This document shows, one piece after another, positions 24,893 to 37,858 of a DNA stretch of 64,000 nt (positions within the stretch are counted from its first letter, which is position 1; every line of letters starts with the position of its first letter). Where the stretch lies: assembly GCA_964304625.1 (NCBI GenBank), contig OZ199838.1, forward strand, positions 16,723,469 to 16,787,468, given 5' to 3'. The translations under genes were made by a program, and so were the position numbers. The stretch comes from Kudoa neothunni (Eukaryota; Animalia; Cnidaria). The notes under the pieces were generated by a model, which was not told the origin of the DNA, searched no databases, and saw nothing but the letters and a program-made list of their open reading frames with translations.

Positions 24893-26490
24893 CAGTGTTT
24901 CCCAACTTTTTTAGCCGTTATCCACGTTAATATCTTAAATATTTAATCGAATTTAACATTAACAATTTTAATAATATTTATATCTGGTATTATATATAAT
25001 GATTGAAACATTATTAAACCGTCATGTTTGTCTCGTGTCGACTTATCACTCTTACTTTTTAATTATCTCCGCTGGTTCATTATTTTGAAATTAATGTTTT
25101 AAATACAATATTTTGTTTTTAATGATTATTTTTGGATTTTTTGTCAAATGATGTAATCTATAAAGTATGAAACTATTAGTATTTAATGATTTTTCGCTTC
25201 AATATTCAATAAATCTAAACGAATACCAAATTCATTCGAATATAGCTCGCTATTACTTAATATCAATACTTTTTAATATTTCTGTCATTGAAAACAAAAT
25301 TTATTCAGTTAAAGAATTTTTTGGCTTTTAATTAAAAAAAATAATAATGAAAGATTCAATATATTATTGTACGTCGATTAAATAGTAGGAAAATCGGTGT
25401 TTTAAATATTTTTTTGTGGTGTTCAACTTAACATTTACAAAAATCAATATAAACAAGTATAAATCATTAATGTGATATTAGTATCTATTTAATGAAGGTG
25501 TGAGTAATCACATTAATAAATAACGCACCAGTTTGGTGTAGCATTGTATGATGGAAATCTATTTTAATATAAAAACAAATATTTTTATTTACTTTTAACA
25601 ACTTGATAAAAAATTATATTTTTTAAAGTATTCAACATAAATGTGAGAAAATTAATCATTTAATTCAGGAATAAAATCAAATATAATATCCACATCAAGG
25701 TTATACATAGCAGCAGTCAGAAAATTTCCGTTTTTTTTTAATTATACAAACATTATTACTACGTGAAATTAATTTTTTTATTAATTAAATTTACTTTATA
25801 TTAATTTTGTTTTTTTAAATAAACTATTAAAAAATTTATTTCGTCGATTATAAATAACATGAATGGCATATAAAGATAGTAAAAAAATGGATAGGATATG
25901 CAGATTATATTTTCATGAAATGTCTAAAAACACATTATTTTGTAAAATAAAAATCTTTAATTTCATTTGACTCGATAATATTTAATAAAATTTTTTCTGT
26001 ATGAGAATTCGGGGTGAATAATACTTTCAATATCTAGATTTGGGTAATTGAATCAGCGAGTGAACTGAAATGTTCGAAAATACCACCTTCAAGTTTTAAT
26101 AGGTAAATTAAGTGTAAAGTGTATCTTTTTAAACACGCTCGTTCCACTTAACTATTTTGTGAATAATCTTGTTAAGTATTAAATAATTAAAAATAGAAAA
26201 AACTATGAAATTAAACGAGTCCAAGAAATACATGAGTAGTTAAGTGTCTAAAATTTAATGGATAGAAAAATTAACTCTCATCTGTATCAGATTTTTAAGG
26301 TAAAGAACTTTTCGTTGGCACCAAAAACAGACGAACAAAAGCGTGAGCATTGCTTGATGAGTCAAGTTTATATCATTTTTCAACTTTAAATGTGCGATGG
26401 TACTCACAAAACAACAATATTTAACTTAATTCTACATAATATTTACAATAAATCAATAAATTTTTCATGACCCCAGGTTAAACACATATT
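24893..26490. mobile_element. Highly degraded hAT element
   Basis: Left TIR cagtgtttcccaacttttt preceded by ggttagac; possible right-end remnant gaccccaggtt at ~26469; interior heavily decayed. Confidence 0.35.
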
Positions 26491-26739
26491 AGAAATCTCC
26501 CACATTAATACAAACAACATCCCTCAAAAATTTAGGTAGACGGCCATATTGGAGATTATTCATCTTACAACCGAATCACAGCATTACCTACTTTCAACTA
26601 CTCATTAATTTACATTACTCGATTTAGTGGGTCATATTAAGTCACATGCGCAGTTTGAAAATAAATACATTCGTTTTAGCACATTGCCAAATCAATTTAT
26701 TACTAATTGAATTAATGTCACAATCAAAACAGCTATAAT

Positions 26740-27075
26740 TTATCTATTGGATTTTGCAACACGTTCGAGCTCATCCTTCTTTTTTATTGCGTACGAGTTG
26801 CTTGACCCTTTCGAGGCGTTAATGAGCTCGTCAGCAAGACACTCAGAAATGGATTTTAGGTTTTTGAAACTGGCTTCACGTGCACCAGTGGCGATCATGT
26901 AAAGAGCTTGGTTGATTCTTCTCAATGGAGAAACATCAACGGACTGTCTACGAACAGTACCAGCTCTACCAATACGGGTGGAATCTTCACGTGGACCACC
27001 ATTTTTGATGGCAGCAACAAGAACCTCAACTGGATTCTATAACCGGTAAACAATTCACAATTCCGATACCGCAAA

Positions 27076-27106
<31 letters not shown>

Positions 27107-27549
27107 ACCTGTCCGGTGAGTAGATGAATAACTTCGAAGGCGTCTTTGACAATTTTGACAGCCTTAATTTTTTTACCTGTGTTACGTCCATGTTTCATGA
27201 GAGCATTAACCAATCGTTCAACAATTGGACACTAAACACATCACCAATAATTTCCCACTCGAAACACACACTAGAGTTACTCTTGATTTTCCGAATCGTT
27301 TGTTGGCATAACGACCAGCAGTATGAGGGACCAAAATTTGAGCAGTATCAGTTGAAATGTGATCCTATCAATAAGTCAGCAAAATCCACATGAAGCCACA
27401 TCTACCTTCAAACTTATATCACTGACTTGAACGTTAAGACTCCATTTTCTGAACAATTTTCTTTGAGGAAGAGTGCTCTCAATCTCGTCAACGTATTCAT
27501 TACCGACAACTTCGGCCGCAACAACACTTTCGTCCCATTCCTCTCCCAT
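26740..27549 (-). CDS. RPS5: 40S ribosomal protein S5 (uS7)
   Basis: Four coding exons: [72 protein letters not shown]. 5'UTR intron 27551-27600; (TCAA)n in the last intron. Confidence 0.98.
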
Positions 27550-27826
27550 TCTATGCGTATAAACAGATTAACTCAAATTGAACAATCCACACAAAACCAC
27601 CTCTCGAGCTGCACAAAAATCAGAACACGCGATGCCGAGGTGCGCAATATGAACACGAACTTAACCGAACAATAATAATGATGAAATATCTAGGATTCTC
27701 TTTTTTCTATTACATCAACCATTGCAGATACTCTATAATGGAATAGTTAATGTGATTTTCGATTTGGATTTAAAAACACAAAATTAATATGGCATCAAAA
27801 ACACCATAATATTGACACTGGGTGAG

Positions 27827-29060
27827 TCATGTGAACGAGTTAAGTTTGAACTGATCAATTACTTTGACCATTTCACGACCTATAAAAGCAGGTGATTGTA
27901 CCACCTGTACCCCAGCTTCGGTGAGAGCCTGGATTTTTTCTTTGGCACCTCCTTTACCACCTGAAATTATTGCTCCGGCGTGACCCATTCTTCTTCCTGG
28001 TGGTGCAGTCACTCCAGCAATGAATGAAACCACTGGTTTTCCACCTTTGTGGTTATTTCTCTCTATGAGGTATTCGGCTGCGCGTTCTTCAGCTTGACCA
28101 CCAATCTCACCGATTAAAACTATTCCTAAATAAGTGTGTAGTCAAATTGAACACCCACAACAAAAACTACCTTTTGTGTTGGGATCTTCTAGAAATATTT
28201 CCAAACAATCAATAAAATTTGTCCCATTGAATGCATCGCCACCAATTCCTAACGCGCACACATTAAAAACCTCACCTAAAACACCTTTGGATACCGATAC
28301 AATAAGTTTGCCCCAAACCAGTGGAGGTGGTTTGATGAACAGCTTCGTAAGTGAGAGTGCCTGATCGAGAGACAATTCCTAAACATAAAATCATTAGGAT
28401 TGAACAGTTAAAGCTGAATTAATGATTGTGCGCCAAAACCTACCAATACAACCTGGTTTATGAATAAATCCAGGCATTATACCAATCTTGCATTCACCAG
28501 GCTAAACATAGATTCAAATTTTACATTAACAACAAAAATGATAGGTCACTTTAATGATGCCAGGACAATTTGGCCCCAATAAACGTGTTTTATCTTGTTG
28601 AAGGAGTCGATTTTTCACCCTAACCATATCGTGCTCTGGAATACCTTCAGTTATACAAACAACCAAAGGTATTTCTGCTTCCATTGCTTCGATTATGGCT
28701 TCGGCTGCAAACCTGGGAGGAACGAATATCATAGTGGCATCACATCCGGTGTGTTCCCGTGCTTCTTTAACTGTGGCGAAAACTGGCTTTCCAAGATGAG
28801 TGGTTCCAGCTTTTGATGGTGACACACCTCCGACAATGTTTGTGCCATACTCGATCGCCTGCTCACTGTGGAAAGTTCCTTGTTTTCCAGTGAACCCTTG
28901 GCATATGACTTTGGTGTGTTTTCCAATCTTAAGCGCTGATCGAGTAGCGTTGTACATCTGCGTGGATGATACACACCTCACTAGATACAATTGTGTGGTA
29001 TAGAAAATCTCTTCATAGAAATTTATTACTCCCTTGCAGCAACCGAACCGGTCTCAACAT
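27827..29060 (-). CDS. SUCLG1: Succinyl-CoA ligase alpha subunit, mitochondrial
   Basis: [44 protein letters not shown] and [12 protein letters not shown] (phospho-His); Arg-rich presequence exon from ATG 29060. The extreme C-terminus could be spliced differently. Confidence 0.97.
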
Positions 29061-29789
29061 ATTTAAAAATGCGCAGCAACAACAAACTAATCCTTTTTGT
29101 TAATAACTGTGAACTTTAGTTTAGATAATAGTTTGTGTTTTAATTTCTCCCTTGAGTTTCCAAAAAATATTTTGATATATATTAATAAAATAGTTTAATT
29201 AATGAACTATTGTATTAATTGAACAGGTTGTAATCTGAAAATGTTTTGTTCGGTGGGCGAACATCAGCGATCATAAATCCTATAACATAAATCACAATAC
29301 CACATGATATTTTTGTTTAATTCCATCCATCACGTGTTTCCAGTCCACATAGAGATCAATAATATTGGCGATAAAAATTGGTTAAATCTGATCTGGCTTG
29401 ACATTTTATATTATCTTGAAGTCGAATCAATCACTCGCAGATACATTCCATTATGTTTAGTATCATTTTATTATTTGTTTGAATTAAAAATGAGTTTTTT
29501 CTATTATATCCACATTAGAAATATAAAAATTAATTAAGTTTCATTCGATTGACTGTCGTTTATTTATTAATATTTTTAATTTATATTTAGGATTAAAAAA
29601 GCGATAATCAGGCTATGTTATTGAATTATAAATGAAATATATTATTAACTCAAAACGATTTTCACATCGCAATATCTCATTGTTTTCAACAGACTACTTC
29701 TAGCAATTTTGTGTGTTCTTAAAAAAAATAATTTGAGTTAATTTTAAATTGAACATTTTTTAATTGATTAAATAGTAAACTCTCCAGGT

Positions 29790-30612
29790 TCTTATTTGTA
29801 GCGTTTCTATATTTCCTTTTAAAAGCACCCCAAGTCGCCTATGTTCTGTTTGTGTATAACAGTTCCATGAGAAAAACACAGATTCTCTAAATTATTGTAT
29901 CTGTCCACATTGTTGAACCGTCTTCCACGTTATCGATTATTATTCTCTCAAAAACGTCCCTGTTTCTGTATTGAGAAATCTTTAGGAAGCAGTTCCCATC
30001 TTTGTCAATCCCACTTACCATCCAGTGTTGCTGATTTTTCAGAACATGGCCAACATTGTATTTCCTAAAAGAGATGGTCAATCTGAACAATTATTCCATC
30101 ACCTCCAATTTTCGTGAATTCATCATTCAATTTGGAAGCCATGAAATCTCTTATAATGTTATAATGATCTTCCAATCCATTATTGTTGAATTCGACGCGA
30201 TATCAAGGTGTTGTCGAAGCTGATCCAATGTCATGGTTGGATGCTGAATAAAACAGACCATAAGGATGAATGATCTCCACAAAGGGAGCTTCGACATTTC
30301 AAAAATCAATAATGGTCCCAGATCTCAATGAGCGCCTTTTGTGACATTTACTACATCTAAACACTAGTAACCATCATCCGTATCTTTACGCGGAACCACA
30401 CTCATATTATCCCGACATATTATACATTTGCAAAAGCTATGTAACAGGCCGAGATTTTGTAAATTTTTAATTGTGAAGTCGACATAATCACGAAAACGAC
30501 CATAATCGAGAATGGTTATTTCATTAATGGTCTCGAATGTGAATAATCTCTTGTGACACACAATTTGCGCTAGAATTTCGCGGGAGTTTCTGATCGAAGC
30601 CGAAGTTTGCAC
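29790..30612 (-). mobile_element. Merlin (IS1595/ISXO2-like) transposase pseudogene
   Basis: N-terminal Zn ribbon CIIC...DGY*..RCSKC...SLRSGT, FEMSKLPL, KIGGDGIIVQID, KYNVG, W.VSGID, IIDNVEDGSTMWTD and HKQNI; several frameshifts and stops. Confidence 0.85.
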
Positions 30613-32629
30613 AGATATTGTAATTTAGCCGAAATTTTTACCAGTCAATTAAAAGTTTTCTAGTCTGTTGACACTGTCTATGATATGTGGTGATTTTCAA
30701 ATAAAATTGTTATATGGCATAGAATTACATTCATGTACGTATACCTATCTATTTTACACAACATAAATCAGAATTATCCATTTGTGAAGTTTAATTAAAA
30801 ATGTTGGCTATAAACAATCTTTAATCAGTCGTCTTAAGTGTAAGGGGATATCAAGGATTAACCATATATTCGGCGACCGTATGCATGATTAGATCATTTT
30901 GGTTAATTTAATGTAACAAAAACTCGTCTCCTCTAAAATATCAATTTTCTCATTCATTATTGGTAACTAATAAAACTAAGAAATGACGATTCTCTACGTT
31001 AAAATCTAATTTATCGAAATAATTATACTGATGATAGGCCTTGATATAGTTCTGACTTTTCTCTTTAATTCCAGAATTTTTTTTTTTAATTAAATTTGTA
31101 TTCTAAAGTATGGAAATCAGATGAATTACGAATAGTGGAAGATATCGCAGAATAGAATTAAATCATTTATTGATTTTTTGTAATCTTCGTTAATTTTCGC
31201 GTATATAAACACATGTTTCGGCCACCATTTTGCATTTTTACCACAAATAATGAACTTATTACACATTGTGATTTCTATTTAAAAAGAATAATTTTCAAAA
31301 TTTGGAATTTTGTGACATTCAATCTTGAATGCAGCCAAAGATAGACTTAACTTAGTAATCATAAAGCTGTGTCAGATAAAAAACACCTTTTGTCAATCTT
31401 TTTCCGCTCATTATTTCACTACTCTTTGTAATAAAGCAAATAAAAATCAGCTTGAACAAATAACTTGCAAATTTCATTATTCTTCACGTATTTTCATATC
31501 TTAAGATTTTATTTATGAATAAAAATCATTTACATAATTTTTTGATCGAAAATTGAACTTAGATGCTTTATTTAATGATGTTATATTGCGCAAACTGGAC
31601 AAATTACTCTATTCCTGCCCCGATTAGTAAAATATAAGTTCGATCATTATTAATTATGTAAAAATGTGATTTTTAGTTTATATATATTTTTGGTATATTT
31701 ATATTGAGTAAATAACGTTTTTATGAAAGAATTTGTGGAAATAATCGAAAAATGAAAATTTAAAATATTGTTTAATTTTTCAATATGTCTGTTACTTGAT
31801 AGAAAAAATCATGAACTATTTTAACGATAAATTAATATAGATAATTAACGTTTTCATAATAATTTTGGATATATTACTCTAATTGAGTAAATGCAATTAA
31901 TCTATTATGTTAAAATAGACATTTCAAGAATATTTATTTTATAAGTTAACCCATAAAAATATAATTTTTCATCGAAAACGTGACTATAGAGTGTCACAAA
32001 TGGACTTTATGATTTTTTAAAATCTCAGTGTTAATAAATTTAAAAGGAAAAATTCTGAAAACGTTAATATATCGGTTAAATTCTTGAATATCTAACATGG
32101 TTGTTGGAATAATTTGTTGACTATTTATTTTAACATTGATTTTTGAAGGAATAATGTTAAAAAATAAGGTAGCCGATTTTAAATCACAAATATGAAAAAT
32201 ATGCGAAGAAATTAGGGAATTCGCTACATAATGTAAACACAAAGGAGATTACACGTGGGGACGATGTCGTTCTAAGTCGGATCTGGTCAAAATTTAGAAT
32301 TTGTTTCTTGAGGCTAAATTTTTGTATTTCACGTTTAATTCATATATTCAAATGAATATTAAAAAATTGGACCAAAAAATATCCTTAAAATGGGCGTTTT
32401 CAGATGTCACAGACTATAACTTCTAAATTAGACTAACCTGAATATTATTATTGACAAGAAAGGCCACTATCTACGATTATTCCGGATTAGCGAATATTAC
32501 CCCAAAATTAACATGATGGAGACAAATTCAATTGTGTTGATTATTTTCGAAATAATACGGTAAAAATCGAGTCCTTATTCATCCACATGGCTCGTTTCGC
32601 TGCGCAACGGCGTTCCATCATAAATCACC

Positions 32630-35260
32630 ATGGCAAAGGTTCCCCATACAAAGTTACCCTTGTGGTCGCCGAGCGAGAACCATCATAAGAATAGCCTTTT
32701 AGGCGAGTTTTCGATTACTAATAAATGAGAAATTCAATCTTCAGTTGGGTATGTTTGACATCCCATCATACTACTGAATTAATAATTCATGATCATTTGT
32801 GCTGTAGAAAGCTACGATCAGTTGTACAATTGGAGCGTGAACCATGTGGAACAATTTTGGGAGCAATTTTTGATTTTCTCCGAAATTAAACTGCAAGACC
32901 AATATTTGGTTGTGCTTGAAAAGCATAAATCGATGAGTGATATTCCTAGATGGTTTTTAGGTTCGACATTAAATTTCACTGAGAATATTCTTCGCTATAG
33001 AGACGATAAAAATTGCGTTGATTCAGTTAAGTAAGATAGTTCTAGATCTTTTGGGTAGTGATATATTGGTGAGGGTGGAATATAGAATAAGTTGATTTCA
33101 GTAAATAATAGCATCCAATTAAGCGATGGTTTCTGTAGGTGAAAATTATTTCGCGCAAGAAGACCAATGCGACACTGGTGATTTGTTCTCCCGTGCGATA
33201 TCCATCACATACCGCCAACTCTATACTGAAACTGTACAGTTGGCGTTGAGTTTGAAAGAGTTGGGCATCAAAAACGGGGACGTTGTTGTAGGACTCGTGT
33301 CCAACCAGCATATTTGCGGTTAAGTCAGCGTTAGCATGTGCATTTATTGCGCCGTCTGGACATGTGTGTCTCCTGACAGTCAAGCTACGGTGATTTGTCT
33401 TTTAAGTGGGAATATACTAATAAATTATGACGATATAGGCCATAATTATGCGCATCAAGCAAACCATACCCAAAGCTCTAATGATTACTCCCTATGTGAC
33501 TTACAACAACAAACTTTTCTTTCAGTACGATAAACTTCAAGCTATCTTAGCTGGTTAGCATGATTACATTTGACATGTTGCCAACGACTATTTTAGAAAT
33601 TCCATCTATCAAAACAATCGTCTCAGATTTGCCACTTAAAAATGCTCCTATTCCAAAAATTCCTTCAGACATCGCAGCCGAGATGTAAACTTTAACGTTT
33701 AGGAAGCATTATTAATGTGTGAAATAGATTTTTTGTTGATCAATTTGTCAAAAGTTCTGTCGGGGCGAAGACGATGTCAGCTTAATAGATATTGAATATT
33801 TTCCATTTGATCACCCTCTCTATGTGATGTATTCGTCTGGTACAACCGGTGCTCCCAAAGGAATTGTTCATTCTGCCGGAGTAAATGGTTCTTCTTCTTC
33901 TAATAACCAAAAAGTCTAAAAATTCCATCTAGGGTACGCTTATTCAACATGTCAAAGAACACCTCCTACATAACAATCTAAACCGAGATTCCGTTTTATT
34001 TTTTTATACTATCGTATTTTACATCAGCTGCTATTAGCGACACAATCCATTTAACGATTTTATTGAAATAGTCCTCTTGGATGATGTGGAATTGGATTGT
34101 ATCGGCTTTGTTTACTGGATGCACTTTGATTCTCTACGATGGATCTCCATTCTACCCCACCCCAAATATATTCCCAGAGATAGTGGATAGATTGAAGTGA
34201 GACCACTCTCAGTTGGTTGTACTGTGATATTCTGTTGGTAGTGTTACTGTTTGGGGATGTGGTGCTGCGTATTTTCAAATGATTGAATCAAAAATTTTAA
34301 ATCCATCCGAAAAATATTCATTTAAAAATTTGGAGTGTATTTTGTCGACCGGCTCAGTTCTACCAGAACACACCTTTGAATATATTACAAAGTGTATCAA
34401 AAATGTTCAGATAGGATCTATTTCTGGAGGAACCGACATTATCTCATGTTTCATGGGAAATATCCATTGGTGGATGTCTACAGTGGTGAGCTCCAACGTC
34501 GAAATCTTGGAATGGCGGTCAATGTGTTCTGCGAAGATACCAATTGTAGAAAGAATCACCTGGATACTCCCGGAGAATTGGTCTGTGTGAAACCATTCCC
34601 TTCTATGCCAATTTACTTTATCGGTGATACTTCTCAGCGCTCCAAATACTTGGAAACCTACTTCTCAAAATATTCCGGAGTTTGGTGTCAAGGAGACTTT
34701 TGTGAGTTAAATTCTTCCACTAATGGAATCACCATCCATGGACGAAGTGATGCTACATTGAATCCTAATGGTATTCGATTTGGTAGCAGTGAGATTTACA
34801 ATATATGTAACGAGCGATATTTTTGTTGGGATTGTGGAGTTGAGGTGATTTGTTTAGTGCATTATGTGGATGAAATTTTGGATTCCTTGGTTGTTGGTCA
34901 AGAGATTTTCCCTTCAACTGAGAAATGCATCCTCTTTGTGAAATGTTCACCGTAACAATTTCATTTTATCGATTTTTGTTATTCGTTTTTGCAGAACCAC
35001 AAAGTTTGACGATAAGTTGGTCGAAAAGATAAGAACAACAATCCGAAGTCATCTTTTCTCCTCGACATTCGCCTTACAAGATATTTCGAGTATCCGACAT
35101 TCCGTATACTCTTGGTGGGAAAAAAGTGGAACTACTCATAAAAAAATATATCTCCAGAAAAATTACTTTCGATGAGGCCATGAAAAGTGGGTTCAACACT
35201 CTAAGAAACCCCACTTGCATCAAAGAATATGCTAGTTTTTTAGATAGGGGTGTTCTTTAA
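32630..35260 (+). pseudogene. AACS: Acetoacetyl-CoA synthetase, full length but with ~7 frameshifts (pseudogene or consensus errors)
   Basis: [80 protein letters not shown] and IPYTLGGKKVE; all splice sites intact. Confidence 0.9.
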
Positions 35261-36258
35261 AATGCTACCTCGTACTCTCAAACTCTCTATCGCATATGTA
35301 CAAACTATAATCTCCACATCGAATATTTTATTTTTTATTTAATATTCCCAAAGAAATTGAGCATATTTTTCTTGTAACCAATCAAAATATTCATTTGTTG
35401 CTTTGAGCAGGAAAGTAGCCGTCTACTCGATAATTGTATCTTCATTTGAGTCAAAAACTAATGAGTTCGATATTTCTTTATATTCTCCTACAGTTAGACA
35501 TATCAATTTTCTATATATTACTTGATATTTTGTTTTTAATGTTGTTCGTACTCAAAAGTGTAATCAGTTCCTGTCAAATGTTTAGAGATGTCATTTGGCC
35601 CCAATTTACTATATATTGTTATCAGTATAACTTCCTTAGAAATAATCAGCCACTATTTCGATTCCATTGTCTCTACTTTATTATCAAGGGTTTTATTGAG
35701 TTTTCGTTAGTTTCACGTCAAGGGAGATAAACATTAAAATATTAGATGATTTGGCTAACTTATAAAGATATTGAAGTCATAACCAACGCTAAAATGTGAC
35801 AAACAATTCGCCGGCCTGAAATATTTATAAAATGAACTTATAATAAATATAAATTTATATTTTTTAAACTGTGATAAAAGTGAATAATATTTCTTTTTAT
35901 TATTAAAAGGAAATTGATCGGAGCAAAATGTTAGTTAAGGGAATCGTTAAAATTTTTGCCACTTTACAATATTCGTGATGTCCCAATTTTAACTTAAGAT
36001 CAAAACATCGCAGTTGTGAACTGTGAGTGCGAGAATTCCCATGATTTAATACATGAGAAATTTTCGTAATTAATTTGACGCTTTTTCGTTAATTAACTCT
36101 GATACTAAATACCAAGATCACTTCATGTATAAAGGGTGCGACAAACGTTTATTGCATGTTTTCAAGCACAGGAGATGCGAAACTAATTGAGTTTAGAACC
36201 ACCGCTTTAAATGTTTTAGATCAGCGTTTGCCAACTAAAATTGGACTCGATCCCCCTA

Positions 36259-36307
36259 TAATAATAATAAATAATAATAATAATAATAATAATAAATAAT
36301 AATAATA

Positions 36308-36339
<32 letters not shown>

Positions 36340-36347
36340 TAATAATA

Positions 36348-36395
<48 letters not shown>

Positions 36396-36480
36396 TAATA
36401 ATAATAATAAATAATAATAATAATAATAAATAATAATAATAAATAATAATAATAAATAATAATAATAAATAATAATAATA

Positions 36481-36513
<33 letters not shown>

Positions 36514-36521
36514 TAATAATA

Positions 36522-36597
<76 letters not shown>

Positions 36598-36617
36598 TAA
36601 TAATAATAATAATAATA

Positions 36618-36650
<33 letters not shown>

Positions 36651-36847
36651 TAATAATAAATAATAATAAATAATAATAATAATAATAATAATAAATAATA
36701 ATAATAATAATAAATAATAATAATAATAATAATAAATAATAATAATAAATAATAATAAATAATAATAATAATAATAATAAATAATAATAATAAATAATAA
36801 TAAATAATAATAATAAATAATAATAATAATAATAAATAATAATAATA

Positions 36848-36883
<36 letters not shown>

Positions 36884-37088
36884 TAATAATAATAATAATA
36901 AATAATAATAATAATAATAATAAATAATAATAATAAATAATAATAATAAATAATAATAATAATAATAATAATAAATAATAATAATAATAATAATAAATAA
37001 TAATAATAATAATAATAATAAATAATAATAATAATAATAAATAATAATAATAAATAATAATAAATAATAATAATAATAAATAATAATA
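36259..37088. repeat. ~830-bp (AAT)n microsatellite with AAAT interruptions
   Basis: Direct reading. Confidence 0.98.
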
Positions 37089-37858
37089 CGATAAGGCGTC
37101 GATGACTAAAAATTTCTCAAAAATTACTCTCTATTGTGGTCTAAACTCGCACCCCTTGCAGAGAAGCACTGCCTTAGATCAAGGATTTTCAACCGTGGGT
37201 AAATTTTAAATGATAGGAAGTAGATTAAGTTGTTCGTAGAAATGCTTAAAATATTTTTAGGAATAATTATTTAACAAATATTTGTAAAAATATTAGTCTA
37301 TTTCTGTTATGCCTCGGTTAACTTTAGAGATGTAATCGAATAATACATAAATAAGTATACAACCTTGATGCAGATATGAATTCAGCTGTCGAGTTAGGGG
37401 CGGAAATATGGATTTTTCGTCAGGACAACGGAATAAATTAAAAACGGTTGGGGACCCGCCGATTCAGATGAAAGAAGAGTTTTCTTTAGAATGTCACGAA
37501 TCCAGGCTCTCTTTAACACGCTCAAAAAAGTTCTATTATAATTTACGTCGAGGTTGTTTCAAACCAACGCGAAGGTTCGAGAGTAACAAAAATTGCCACC
37601 ATAACCAATTACTTAATCTCATAATTGCGCCTCACATATTTTCGTTAATTTTTTTATTCTTACCGACAAATTAATAAAAATCGGTTATAAGTATTAGTAT
37701 TCAGAATATTAACACACCAAGCGCCACAATGATTTATTCAAGTATATATAAAGCTAAATCTCATGATAATGAAATCTTCTACATTAGGTCAGGATCAAAA
37801 ATAAAATAACTACTTTAAATGGCAACAGATAAGTGCTACCCAAATCAAAAACACTAAA

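Noticed and set aside
26644-26652. catgcgca promoter word downstream of RPS5 implying another gene
   Set aside because: No coherent exon chain could be built on either strand.
28255-28380. Apparent frameshift or insertion in SUCLG1
   Set aside because: Resolved by ordinary short GT-AG introns; the spliced frame is intact.
32630-35260. Programmed slippage or RNA editing rescuing AACS
   Set aside because: Runs are only 1-5 nt and involve both insertions and deletions of different bases; assembly error or pseudogenisation is far simpler.
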